Virus record (IMG/VR): IMGVR_UViG_3300031519_000086
Location: 1 to 36,101 of that record
DNA length: 36,101 nucleotides
Reading direction: 5' to 3' (one strand)
From: a virus
Lineage: Duplodnaviria > Caudoviricetes
Shown here: one piece after another, positions 1 through 7,623 of the stretch
Layout of the letters: each line of letters starts with the position of its first letter
How positions within the stretch are numbered: position 1 is the stretch's first letter
Notes under the pieces: generated by a model
Database searches by the model: none
The model's input: only the letters and a program-made list of their open reading frames with translations
What the model was told of the DNA's origin: nothing
Translations under genes and position numbers: made by a program

Positions 1-110
1 TCGGACCTACCCCTGTAAAATAATCTGTATCAATGTGCATTTTATTGTTGACCTATGTTTGATTGTATGATTTGTATGGTGCATCAACTAAGCAAACAAG
101 GAATACGACA

Positions 111-230
111 ATGTATAAAGTAGAAACCGCAAAGCACCTTATGACTTACAAAGAGGCTCTATCCTTTCTTTGGTATTGCCACGGGATAAACAAGCGCAAC
201 GCCCCGCAATACATGAAGCTGGAAGGGTAA
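111..230 (+). CDS. small early protein, 39 aa (MYKVETAKHL...MKLEG), not in ORF track
   Basis: Read manually: ATG111 to TAA230; SD-like AAGGA about 8 nt upstream; fills the space before the next gene. Confidence 0.6.
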   Translation: MYKVETAKHLMTYKEALSFLWYCHGINKRNAPQYMKLEG

Positions 231-235
231 AGACA

Positions 236-619
236 ATGGCACAACTTGAAAAAGTAATCTTTGCAATAGACAATAACAACGACACACACACAGTTGCTAA
301 GTTTTTAAGGTATGTTGATACCCTTGCGGCAATGCAAAAGATTAAACCAGTGGTGCAGTGCATAGGGAATTGGGAGGGTGTGTTAGAGGTGTCATATATG
401 ATGAACCTATCTGATTATGATGAATATATCGAAGGCAAAGGCTGGACGGATGAACAGGCCTGCATCCTAGTCGTTGCAGGGGATACCCGCCAACCTTGTC
501 ACCTTCTATTCCCTGATGGTTCTACATCAACGGTTGGACCTATGGTGCAGCTTGCGGGGCCTGTAGGTAACTGGACCTACGTTCCAGCAACTAACAAATA
601 CTTTTCATGTAAGGGATAA
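236..619 (+). CDS. putative SAM lyase (T3 SAMase-like) early protein
   Basis: Likely start ATG236 (MAQLEK), just after the stop of the upstream ORF. Motifs GNWEGVLEVS, EQACILV, LLFPDG and GNWTY occur in the same order as recalled T3 SAMase motifs (GCY...EEKT, EQDCVLV, LVYAKG, GCFTI). Sits at the start of the early region. Confidence 0.5.
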   Translation: MAQLEKVIFAIDNNNDTHTVAKFLRYVDTLAAMQKIKPVVQCIGNWEGVLEVSYMMNLSDYDEYIEGKGWTDEQACILVVAGDTRQPCHLLFPDGSTSTVGPMVQLAGPVGNWTYVPATNKYFSCKG

Positions 620-624
620 AGACT

Positions 625-1215
625 ATGACGCAGCACGTAAGAAACATTCTTAAGCTTTACCGCCAAGCTACCCATGACGATACAATCAACGGGATTGAAT
701 GGTATGCTAGGGCAGAACGTATATCAAAAGGGATAGCAGAAAAGCACGGTCTACCTGTCAAGACTGTCATAGGTGTCATGGCGGCACTATCCCCCAACAA
801 TCGTTGGGAACGTAACGTAAAGGATACTGACACAATGTGTAGGGCGTGGGTATTGTGTGATTGCCTGTCAGACTTTAAGGTTTCATGCTACAACACTATG
901 AAGGCTAAGGCGTGGTCAATTCTCAATGATGAGTTAGATGATGACGAAGACATTCTATCACGTTTGAATGGTCAGAAAATACGTTCATTCTATTCTAACA
1001 TCCGTGGCCTAGATGAAGTAACGATTGACGGTCATGCCCTAAACATTGCACGGGGTACACGGGAAGGATTGACAAGTGACAAGACTAACATGGGAAAGAA
1101 ACAATACAGGGAATTGCAAGCTTCATACGTTAGGGCAGCACTAAGGGTCGGGGTTAAACCTCACGTTCTACAGGCTATCACATGGACTACATGGAAGCGC
1201 ATTCATAGCATCTAA
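625..1215 (+). CDS. conserved phage protein, probable helical DNA-glycosylase-like (HhH-GPD/Ogg-like) fold
   Basis: 196 aa; motifs GIEWY, AALSPNNRW, KIRSF, VTIDGHA and C-terminal LQAITW; the DxH motif and terminal W resemble EndoIII/Ogg-type glycosylases. Confidence 0.45.
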   Translation: MTQHVRNILKLYRQATHDDTINGIEWYARAERISKGIAEKHGLPVKTVIGVMAALSPNNRWERNVKDTDTMCRAWVLCDCLSDFKVSCYNTMKAKAWSILNDELDDDEDILSRLNGQKIRSFYSNIRGLDEVTIDGHALNIARGTREGLTSDKTNMGKKQYRELQASYVRAALRVGVKPHVLQAITWTTWKRIHSI

Positions 1216-1226
1216 GGAGTAAGACA

Positions 1227-1415
1227 ATGAAATTCTGGTCAACGATCAACCGTGAGGAAACACAATTCGAGGTGGACATGGGGCAAGACCCTATCGGTGC
1301 AAAGATTGAGTGCCTTGTAATGACAGGGGTTCACAAGGGTGAGACACGCATGTTCCCTTGGCTTAACCTAAACACCCTATGGGAACAACAACAAAAGGAA
1401 TGCGACGATGAATGA
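1227..1415 (+). CDS. hypothetical early protein
   Basis: 62-aa ORF with strong SD TAAGGAG. Confidence 0.75.
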   Translation: MKFWSTINREETQFEVDMGQDPIGAKIECLVMTGVHKGETRMFPWLNLNTLWEQQQKECDDE

Positions 1416-1458
1416 TGAACAAAAGGTCACATTCCTGTTGATGAATGATGAACAAAAG
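1407..1458 (+). repeat. 19-bp perfect direct repeat GATGAATGATGAACAAAAG
   Basis: Copies at 1407-1425 and 1440-1458; duplicates the N-terminus MNDEQK in frame. Confidence 0.9.
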
Positions 1459-1578
1459 AAAGAGATAATCAAGAAAGGTTTAGAGTTTGTTCACTGTGCA
1501 ATTCAAGAGGCTATGAACGGAAACATGGATGAACTTATGACAGCATTAGAGGTGCTAGAACTAATGAGAGAGGAATAA
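1408..1578 (+). CDS. hypothetical 56-aa protein (MNDEQKVTFLLMNDEQKKEII...), not in ORF track
   Basis: ATG1408 to TAA1578; AAGGA upstream; fills the gap between neighbouring genes. Confidence 0.65.
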   Translation: MNDEQKVTFLLMNDEQKKEIIKKGLEFVHCAIQEAMNGNMDELMTALEVLELMREE

Positions 1579-1580
1579 AC

Positions 1581-1802
1581 ATGCAAAGCAAAGAAGAATT
1601 GAACGCCTACCTAGACAGACTGTCTAAGGATTATGATGCACTAATAGACAAGCATGGACACGGGGTTAGGCCCTCTTATGTGTCAGCTGATTTAGATTAC
1701 TTGTCTTATCGCATAGCTAGTACCAAAGAAAAGCTAGTTCTGTTGGGCCTCGAAAGCCCATGTGATGATTGGGCAGGTGGGTATGGGAAGGGTCAGCTGT
1801 GA
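1581..1802 (+). CDS. hypothetical protein
   Basis: 73-aa ORF, SD GAGG, tightly packed with neighbours. Confidence 0.75.
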   Translation: MQSKEELNAYLDRLSKDYDALIDKHGHGVRPSYVSADLDYLSYRIASTKEKLVLLGLESPCDDWAGGYGKGQL

Positions 1803-2002
1803 AGGCATATCTGTTTAGGGTAGGCATAGCCCTATCAATCCTGATCAACGTGATCCTAGGAGGCAAGAGCAATCAGACCTTTAGTGCTAGGAATTATCAA
1901 CGCAAGAGGGAAGGCAAGAGAAATATCGTCAAGGGTATTGACAAGATGTTAGGTGAAGAACACTGTCTAATGTGTTGGACTAATTGGAGAATAAGAAAAT
2001 GA
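1799..2002 (+). CDS. conserved small phage membrane-associated protein
   Basis: GTG1799 overlaps the upstream TGA (GTGA); N-terminal hydrophobic stretch followed by LGG..NQTFSAR...ID...EHC. Confidence 0.65.
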   Translation: MKAYLFRVGIALSILINVILGGKSNQTFSARNYQRKREGKRNIVKGIDKMLGEEHCLMCWTNWRIRK

Positions 2003-2010
2003 GGAACGAA

Positions 2011-2667
2011 ATGATTAAAGCAACCTACATTGACCACATGGGCAGTGACCTATCAGTAGTCAACGCAGCACGGGTATCCTTTGGTAAGAAGCATGACACC
2101 TTTGTAGCTAACAAGGACACAGGGCTGGTCAAGTACCTAGCCAAGCATAAGCATCTGTCACCCTTCGGTCATGCCTTCGCATCCTTCCACGTCAAGGCCC
2201 CTATCTTCGTAGCACGACAGCTAGTGAAGCATAAGTTTCTGCGTTGGAATGAGGTCAGCAGACGTTACGTGGATAATGAACCTGAGTTCTATGAGCCTGA
2301 GGTATGGCGTGGGCGTAGTGAGGACAAGAAGCAGGGTAGTGCTGGTGAGGTTGAGCTAAGAGGAGATAGCTTTGGAGTTGGGTACGAGCCTTGGTGGGGT
2401 GATGGATCATTGCAAGAGACGACACTATATATCTATAAAGATTTACTTGAACAAGGTGTCTGCCCAGAGCAAGCACGTATGATCCTACCACAGTCTACCA
2501 TGACTGAGTGGATTTGGTCTGGTAGCTTGGATGCCTTCGCTGATATGTGCAGCCTTCGGTGTGCCTCTGACACGCAGTATGAGACACGTGTGGTAGCTGA
2601 CCAGATCAACACAGAGATGTTTAAGCTATTCCCTGTGTCATGGGATGCCTTGATGGGGGTAGAGTAA
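2011..2667 (+). CDS. thyX: flavin-dependent thymidylate synthase ThyX
   Basis: Motifs VNAARVSF, HLSPF, PIFVARQLVKHK...NEVSRRY, EQARMILPQS; start at 2011 or 1999. Confidence 0.95.
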   Translation: MIKATYIDHMGSDLSVVNAARVSFGKKHDTFVANKDTGLVKYLAKHKHLSPFGHAFASFHVKAPIFVARQLVKHKFLRWNEVSRRYVDNEPEFYEPEVWRGRSEDKKQGSAGEVELRGDSFGVGYEPWWGDGSLQETTLYIYKDLLEQGVCPEQARMILPQSTMTEWIWSGSLDAFADMCSLRCASDTQYETRVVADQINTEMFKLFPVSWDALMGVE

Positions 2668-2924
2668 TGTTTACTATTGAGATGGACACAGCCAACGGTG
2701 AGAGTTGCACAATCGTAAGCATTGACCAAGCAGGTAATCAAGATGACGTAGAGGTCATGTTGTTTGATGATGTGGTTTACCTTAGGCAGACAGACCAAGA
2801 CGGTGAGTACTGTAGCTTGATAGCTATCTCACCTCAACAAATGTTTGACATCAAGACGGCACTGGAATTACCTAGTGGCACATACATAACCAAGAGGAAG
2901 AATGGAGTGACAGATGTTTTATGA
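2667..2924 (+). CDS. hypothetical protein
   Basis: ATG2667 overlaps the thyX stop (TAATG). Confidence 0.75.
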   Translation: MFTIEMDTANGESCTIVSIDQAGNQDDVEVMLFDDVVYLRQTDQDGEYCSLIAISPQQMFDIKTALELPSGTYITKRKNGVTDVL

Positions 2925-3123
2925 GTACGTAGTAGAGGTTGGGGGCGTAGAGATTATCCTTACGCTTCTAAGCAAGGGTAATCTAAAGAGAGGGACACAA
3001 CCATTCTTTAAGGTTATCGCAGGTACTGACTGGGATGGAGATGAAGTAGTAGTTCCTGAGGATGACCTAGAGATTGCTATAGACTATGTTAAGGATGTGT
3101 ATAGTGATGAGGTCTATGGTTAG
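2914..3123 (+). CDS. hypothetical acidic protein
   Basis: 69-aa ORF, SD GGAG. Confidence 0.7.
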   Translation: MFYEYVVEVGGVEIILTLLSKGNLKRGTQPFFKVIAGTDWDGDEVVVPEDDLEIAIDYVKDVYSDEVYG

Positions 3124-3208
3124 GTCCTAAGGATATACTAACACCAATACCTATATGCACCCTAGGCGGGCACATCCGCAGGATACAAGTATTTTCACAT
3201 CAGTCAAG
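3121..3208 (-). promoter_or_regulatory. copy 1 of duplicated element: sigma70-like promoter TTGACT-16-TATCCT plus leader hairpin, antisense to the early genes
   Basis: 30-bp exact match (3168-3197) to 27823-27852; -35 at 3202-3207 and -10 at 3180-3185 on the minus strand. Confidence 0.65.
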
Positions 3209-3220
3209 AGGAAAATTACA

Positions 3221-4861
3221 ATGCAAGAAGAAAACATTGGATGGGTCTCACGTCAACCCTGCCCTAACGAGGAGTGCTTAAGCTCAGATGCCTTTAGCTA
3301 CAACACCGTAAGCATGTCAGGCAAGTGTCACTCATGTGACCTTAAGTACCCAAGAGAGATGAAGACCTTGACAGACTGGTCAGAGGGTGAGTACCCTACC
3401 AAAGCAAACGAATGGAACGAGGAACCAAAGATGCAATTAGTCCACAAGAATGAGGAGCCAGTCATACATGAACTGCTGACGCCTACATATCGGTCAGTAC
3501 GTAGCCTGTCAGAAACCACCCTACGTTTTTACAAGTCACAGACCTACGTCAACCCTAGCAACAAGGTAGTCAAGCAAGAGTACGTGTACCCATCTGGCGG
3601 TATCAAGACACGATACATGCCCAAGGATTTCCGTGCTAAGAACCTCAAGTCAGACGAGTTGTTCGGCATGGACCTGTGGAATGCAGGATCATGTAAGACA
3701 GTGACGATTACTGAGGGTGAGCTAGACGCCATGTCAGCCTATCAGATGTGCAACAACGACAAGTACCCAGCTGCCTTTGTGTCACTCCCTTCGTCCACCC
3801 CTAGCCACAAGCTATGGGCTAACGTAGACAAGTGGCTTAAGAGTTTCGATAAGATCGTCCTGTCAATCGAGCATGACGACGCAGGTAACTCTATCGCACA
3901 GCGCATTGCTAACCTGTACCCTAACAAGGTGTACCGTATGCAGCACGACACCTACAAGGATGCCAATGAGTTCCTTGAGGCAGGTAAGAAGACGGAGTTC
4001 TTTCAGGCATGGTTTCATGCTAAGAAGTACACACCTGAGAACATCTACAACAGCACGGATGACTTCCTTAAGCTGTATGAGAACCATGAAGACCACATGT
4101 ACGTTGAGACAGGCATTCAAGACTTCGATGCACTGTGCCTAGGGTTGATGCAAGGACACTTCACAGTGTTCAAGGCACAGACAGGCATAGGTAAGACTGA
4201 GTTCATGCGCTACTTAGAGTACAACATCCTCAAGAACTACCCTGATGTACCTATCGCAGCATGGCACATGGAAGAGACTAAGCTACGCACCCTGCTAGGC
4301 TTGGTGTCATACGAGATAGGTGACAACGTAACACGACCTGACATCATCGAAGAGAACGGGTTGGACGGGCTTGTACGTGAGGCTATCGGTAAGCTGACAG
4401 GACGTGAGAAGTTCTACCAGTTCTTCCTCAATGACAACGATGACCCGATTGAAATCCTGTCACACATCCGCTACCTGTCACAAGCATGTGGTGTTAAGTA
4501 CGTGTTCTTCGAACCTATCCAAGACATCGCAGCCAGCCTAGGTGCAGATGAAAGTAAGGAACAGTTCCTGTCTGACCTAGCGGTACGCTTGTCTAAGCTT
4601 GCAGCTGAGTTAGGTGTCGGTATCATTACCATTGGACATACCAACGATGATGGTGCTATCAAGTACTGTCGCATGATCGAACAACGTGCATCAGTTGTAG
4701 TAGAACTACAGCGTAACAAGATGGCTGAGGATGTGAATGAACGCAACACGACGAAGCTTCTCGTCACAAAGAACAGACCAGTAGGACCAACAGGTTTCGC
4801 AGGTCAACTCAAGTTTAACCCTGACACATTCATGTTGTCAGAATCATATGGAGATATTTAA
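3221..4861 (+). CDS. T7 gp4-like primase-helicase
   Basis: Zn finger CPNEEC...CHSC, TOPRIM TEGELDA, YKDANE, Walker A AQTGIGKT, KNR arginine finger; likely start ATG3221 after GAGG. Confidence 0.93.
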   Translation: MQEENIGWVSRQPCPNEECLSSDAFSYNTVSMSGKCHSCDLKYPREMKTLTDWSEGEYPTKANEWNEEPKMQLVHKNEEPVIHELLTPTYRSVRSLSETTLRFYKSQTYVNPSNKVVKQEYVYPSGGIKTRYMPKDFRAKNLKSDELFGMDLWNAGSCKTVTITEGELDAMSAYQMCNNDKYPAAFVSLPSSTPSHKLWANVDKWLKSFDKIVLSIEHDDAGNSIAQRIANLYPNKVYRMQHDTYKDANEFLEAGKKTEFFQAWFHAKKYTPENIYNSTDDFLKLYENHEDHMYVETGIQDFDALCLGLMQGHFTVFKAQTGIGKTEFMRYLEYNILKNYPDVPIAAWHMEETKLRTLLGLVSYEIGDNVTRPDIIEENGLDGLVREAIGKLTGREKFYQFFLNDNDDPIEILSHIRYLSQACGVKYVFFEPIQDIAASLGADESKEQFLSDLAVRLSKLAAELGVGIITIGHTNDDGAIKYCRMIEQRASVVVELQRNKMAEDVNERNTTKLLVTKNRPVGPTGFAGQLKFNPDTFMLSESYGDI

Positions 4862-5058
4862 TGAGCATTTTAGGTTCTGTCTTGGGGGTCTTATACTTCC
4901 TAGGTATACTCAATTACTACATGTTAACAAAGTCTTTACTTTTTGTAACCGATACTGATCACGATGATAACCGTCTTCTCTTTCACGCTGTTGTCTGGCC
5001 TTGGATGGTAGTGCTTCACTTATACTACACTCTATTCGAGGATGATGATGATGAATAA
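4861..5058 (+). CDS. small membrane protein (2 predicted TM segments)
   Basis: 65 aa, two hydrophobic stretches, acidic tail; start overlaps the primase stop. Confidence 0.7.
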   Translation: MSILGSVLGVLYFLGILNYYMLTKSLLFVTDTDHDDNRLLFHAVVWPWMVVLHLYYTLFEDDDDE

Positions 5059-5965
5059 CTACCTGATACTTGACATTGAGACTGACGATATCAATGCGAC
5101 ACGTATCTGGGTAGTGTGCTCTGAGGACTACAAGACAGGAGATAAGCAGCAGTTTCTTAACATCGACACCATCCCTGAGGAACGTGATCGTTTCCTTGAC
5201 TACCTCAAGAGCTATAACAAGTTCGTATTCCACAACGGTGTTGGCTTCGATGTGCCAGTGATCAATAAGATACTAGGCTTAGAGGCTATCCGACTTGATG
5301 ATGTAGTTGACACCCTGATCCTGTCACGCCTGATCGACTTCGGTATCCAAGGGGGTCATAGCTTACGGGCATGGGGTCAACGACTAGGTGACTTCAAGTT
5401 AGACTTCAAAGGGTTTGAGGTACTGACACAGGAGATGGTTGACTACTGCCACCAAGACGTAACGGTTACTAAGAAGTTGTTCAGTAAGTTTATAAAGACC
5501 TACGAGGATCAAGCATGGCAAGACAGTATCAAGTGTGAACATGAGATACAGATGCTGTGTGAGGACATGACCAACAACGGTTTCTACTTCGATGAAGCCT
5601 CAGCTAACCAGATGCTAGACGAGATTGAACTTAGGCTGTACGAATTAGAGGAAGGATTCCAACAAGACTTTCCGCCTACGATGGAGGAAGTAAACAGGAT
5701 ACAGTTCAGGGTTAAGTCAGATGGCAGTGTGTATACAAATGTATCTAAGGCCCGTGACAAGTACCCTATGACTAAGATAGACAACTCAACAACACCTAAC
5801 CAGCTGGTGTGCTACGACCTAGTACCCTTCAAACCTAGCTCACCTAAACAACGTATCGACAGGCTATGGGAAGCAGGTTGGACACCGTATGAAAAGACGA
5901 AAGGACACATAGACCATGACAGAGAAGTCAAGCAAGCCAAGAGACCTAGAGGTGCGTGGCGCTAA
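5048..5965 (+). CDS. family A DNA polymerase, N-terminal part (3'-5' exonuclease plus start of thumb)
   Basis: ExoI LDIETD, ExoII HNGVGFD, ExoIII YCHQDV; start lies within the ATG run 5042-5053. Confidence 0.9.
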   Translation: MMNNYLILDIETDDINATRIWVVCSEDYKTGDKQQFLNIDTIPEERDRFLDYLKSYNKFVFHNGVGFDVPVINKILGLEAIRLDDVVDTLILSRLIDFGIQGGHSLRAWGQRLGDFKLDFKGFEVLTQEMVDYCHQDVTVTKKLFSKFIKTYEDQAWQDSIKCEHEIQMLCEDMTNNGFYFDEASANQMLDEIELRLYELEEGFQQDFPPTMEEVNRIQFRVKSDGSVYTNVSKARDKYPMTKIDNSTTPNQLVCYDLVPFKPSSPKQRIDRLWEAGWTPYEKTKGHIDHDREVKQAKRPRGAWR

Positions 5966-6965
5966 GTTCGCCAAGTATGGGTGGACTCTATCTGAGGCTA
6001 ACCTTAACACACTACCTGACCATGCCCCAGTAGGCGCTAAGAACCTCGCTGAGTGGCTGACCTTAGCTAGTCGGGCATCATCCCTAGTCGAATGGCTTGG
6101 TCACTACAACGAGGACGATCACCGTATCCACGGTAGGTTCACACACATCGGCGCATGGACAGGACGTATGGCACACTCAGCACCTAACCAAGCTAACGTA
6201 CCATCAGCCTTCCACGGTGTAGCTAAGACACCAGTAGAGGCAGTGAAGGTATCATACGATGGGGCTTTCCGTAAGCTCTGGTGTGTGCCTGAGGGTAGCT
6301 ACTTGGTAGGCACAGATGCTGAGGGTATCCAGCTTCGCATCCTAGCTGACCTGATGAAGTCCGAAGAGTACGTACACGCTATCATTAGCGGCAAGAAAGA
6401 AGACGAGACCGACATCCATAACCTGAACCGCAAGGCTCTAGGTATCTCACATGTCACCAGAGACATGGCTAAGACATTCATCTACGCCTTCCTGCTAGGT
6501 GCAGGTAACGCAAAGGTCGCACAAATCCTAGGTGTCAAGTCCAAGGAAGCAGCACAGGCAGTAGAAAACTTTACCAACTCTATCGAAGGGTTGGCTAAAC
6601 TTAAGAACGAGATGGTCCCCTACATCGCAAGGCGTGGGTGGTTCAAGGGGTACGATGGGCGTAGGGTAGTAGTACCATCCCAGCACAAGACACTGGCAGG
6701 TATGCTACAGAATGGTGAATCAACCATCATGAAACACGCAGCACTGCAATGGGTCAAGCAAGCTAAGGCACAAGGCTTCGACTTCAAGCTATGCACATGG
6801 CCCCACGACGAATGGCAAACAGAAGTGAAAGGAGACATGAATGTTGCTGAGAAATTAGGTGAGATACAACGTCAATCTATTGTTGACACAGGGGTAAAGT
6901 TCGGTATGATGTGCCCCTTAGCTGGTTCAACTGACATCGGCGCTAACTGGTACGATACACACTGA
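5916..6965 (+). CDS. family A DNA polymerase, C-terminal polymerase domain
   Basis: TGRMAHSAPN, motif A DAEGIQLR, motif B RDMAKTFIYAFLLG, motif C HDE; SD AAAGGA at 5900-5905. Confidence 0.93.
   Translation: MTEKSSKPRDLEVRGAKFAKYGWTLSEANLNTLPDHAPVGAKNLAEWLTLASRASSLVEWLGHYNEDDHRIHGRFTHIGAWTGRMAHSAPNQANVPSAFHGVAKTPVEAVKVSYDGAFRKLWCVPEGSYLVGTDAEGIQLRILADLMKSEEYVHAIISGKKEDETDIHNLNRKALGISHVTRDMAKTFIYAFLLGAGNAKVAQILGVKSKEAAQAVENFTNSIEGLAKLKNEMVPYIARRGWFKGYDGRRVVVPSQHKTLAGMLQNGESTIMKHAALQWVKQAKAQGFDFKLCTWPHDEWQTEVKGDMNVAEKLGEIQRQSIVDTGVKFGMMCPLAGSTDIGANWYDTH
6883..6910 (+). promoter_or_regulatory. putative internal sigma70 promoter TTGACA-16-TATGAT
   Basis: Near-consensus hexamers inside the 3' end of pol, upstream of the SSB gene. 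Confidence 0.5.
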
Positions 6966-7108
6966 TGACACATTATCCAGCACCTGAACTACACGAGTTA
7001 CTTCCTATCATTAAAGGTCTAACTCCCTTCCTTTTACTATTGACATGGCTGTTGATTAAGAATATCACAGTCTCACTCGCTACATGGAGAAGCAAAAATG
7101 ACTACTAA
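6965..7108 (+). CDS. putative small membrane protein, 47 aa, not in ORF track
   Basis: ATG overlaps the pol stop (TGATG); hydrophobic segment LTPFLLLLTWLLI; also contains TTGACA-17-TATCAC at 7040-7068. Confidence 0.45.
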   Translation: MTHYPAPELHELLPIIKGLTPFLLLLTWLLIKNITVSLATWRSKNDY

Positions 7109-7586
7109 ACCAACAACTAAGTACGGTGTATTCGAAGGCAAAGCTTACTATGCACGTATCTTCCCTGACAACATGGATAACTCTGAGTACCATGAGAAGA
7201 CACAAGGTCAGTACAACATGATGTTCGTACCTAAAGATGACGAGACACTGCAAGCTATGATGGCTCTTGGTTTCCCTGAGGTTTCTATGGGTAACAAGAT
7301 GGTCAAGTCTCTTGACTACGCTGACGGTGCTCTGGGTATGAAGCTCAAGCGTCCTAACGTACACCCTTCTGGTTACGAAGGCTTGGGTGGATCACCCGTA
7401 GTTACTAAGGGTAAGACTAATTCCCCTTGGGACTTCATCGCTGACGGTGAGATTGGTAACGGCTCTACAGTTGCAGTTAAGATTTCTGTTTACGGTGAAG
7501 GATCAACTGCTTCTGTCAAGATGGAACGTGTAGGTATCATTGAGCACGTACCCTTCGAGCAGGGTGTTACTGCTGACGGCTGGTAA
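7098..7586 (+). CDS. probable single-stranded DNA-binding protein (T7 gp2.5-like)
   Basis: IGNGSTVAVKISVY resembles the gp2.5 OB-fold motif; aromatic C-terminal residue; lies in the replication module; SD GGAG. Confidence 0.65.
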   Translation: MTTKPTTKYGVFEGKAYYARIFPDNMDNSEYHEKTQGQYNMMFVPKDDETLQAMMALGFPEVSMGNKMVKSLDYADGALGMKLKRPNVHPSGYEGLGGSPVVTKGKTNSPWDFIADGEIGNGSTVAVKISVYGEGSTASVKMERVGIIEHVPFEQGVTADGW

Positions 7587-7595
7587 GTTCCTCCC

Positions 7596-7623
7596 CTACC
7601 TGAGCACGTAGTTAAACTGCTCA
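7596..7623 (+). ncRNA. putative compact H-type pseudoknot / structured intergenic RNA
   Basis: CTAC-C-TGAGCA-C-GTAG-TTAAAC-TGCTCA: S1 CTAC/GTAG, S2 TGAGCA/TGCTCA. Confidence 0.45.

Noticed and set aside
41-80. TTGACC with nearby TATGAT/TATGGT as an early promoter
   Set aside because: Spacers are 12 or 21 bp. A promoter is likely in this AT-rich stretch but cannot be placed.
3155-3220. N-terminal extension of primase from ATG3155
   Set aside because: Runs through the duplicated regulatory element and has no SD; ATG3221 has GAGG upstream
5040-5055. (GAT)n run as a phase-variable tract
   Set aside because: Only four triplets; a change in number would preserve both frames
5042-6965. Polymerase pseudogene, or intron/intein interruption
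   Set aside because: All catalytic motifs are intact, there is no intervening sequence, and the second half has its own SD and ATG
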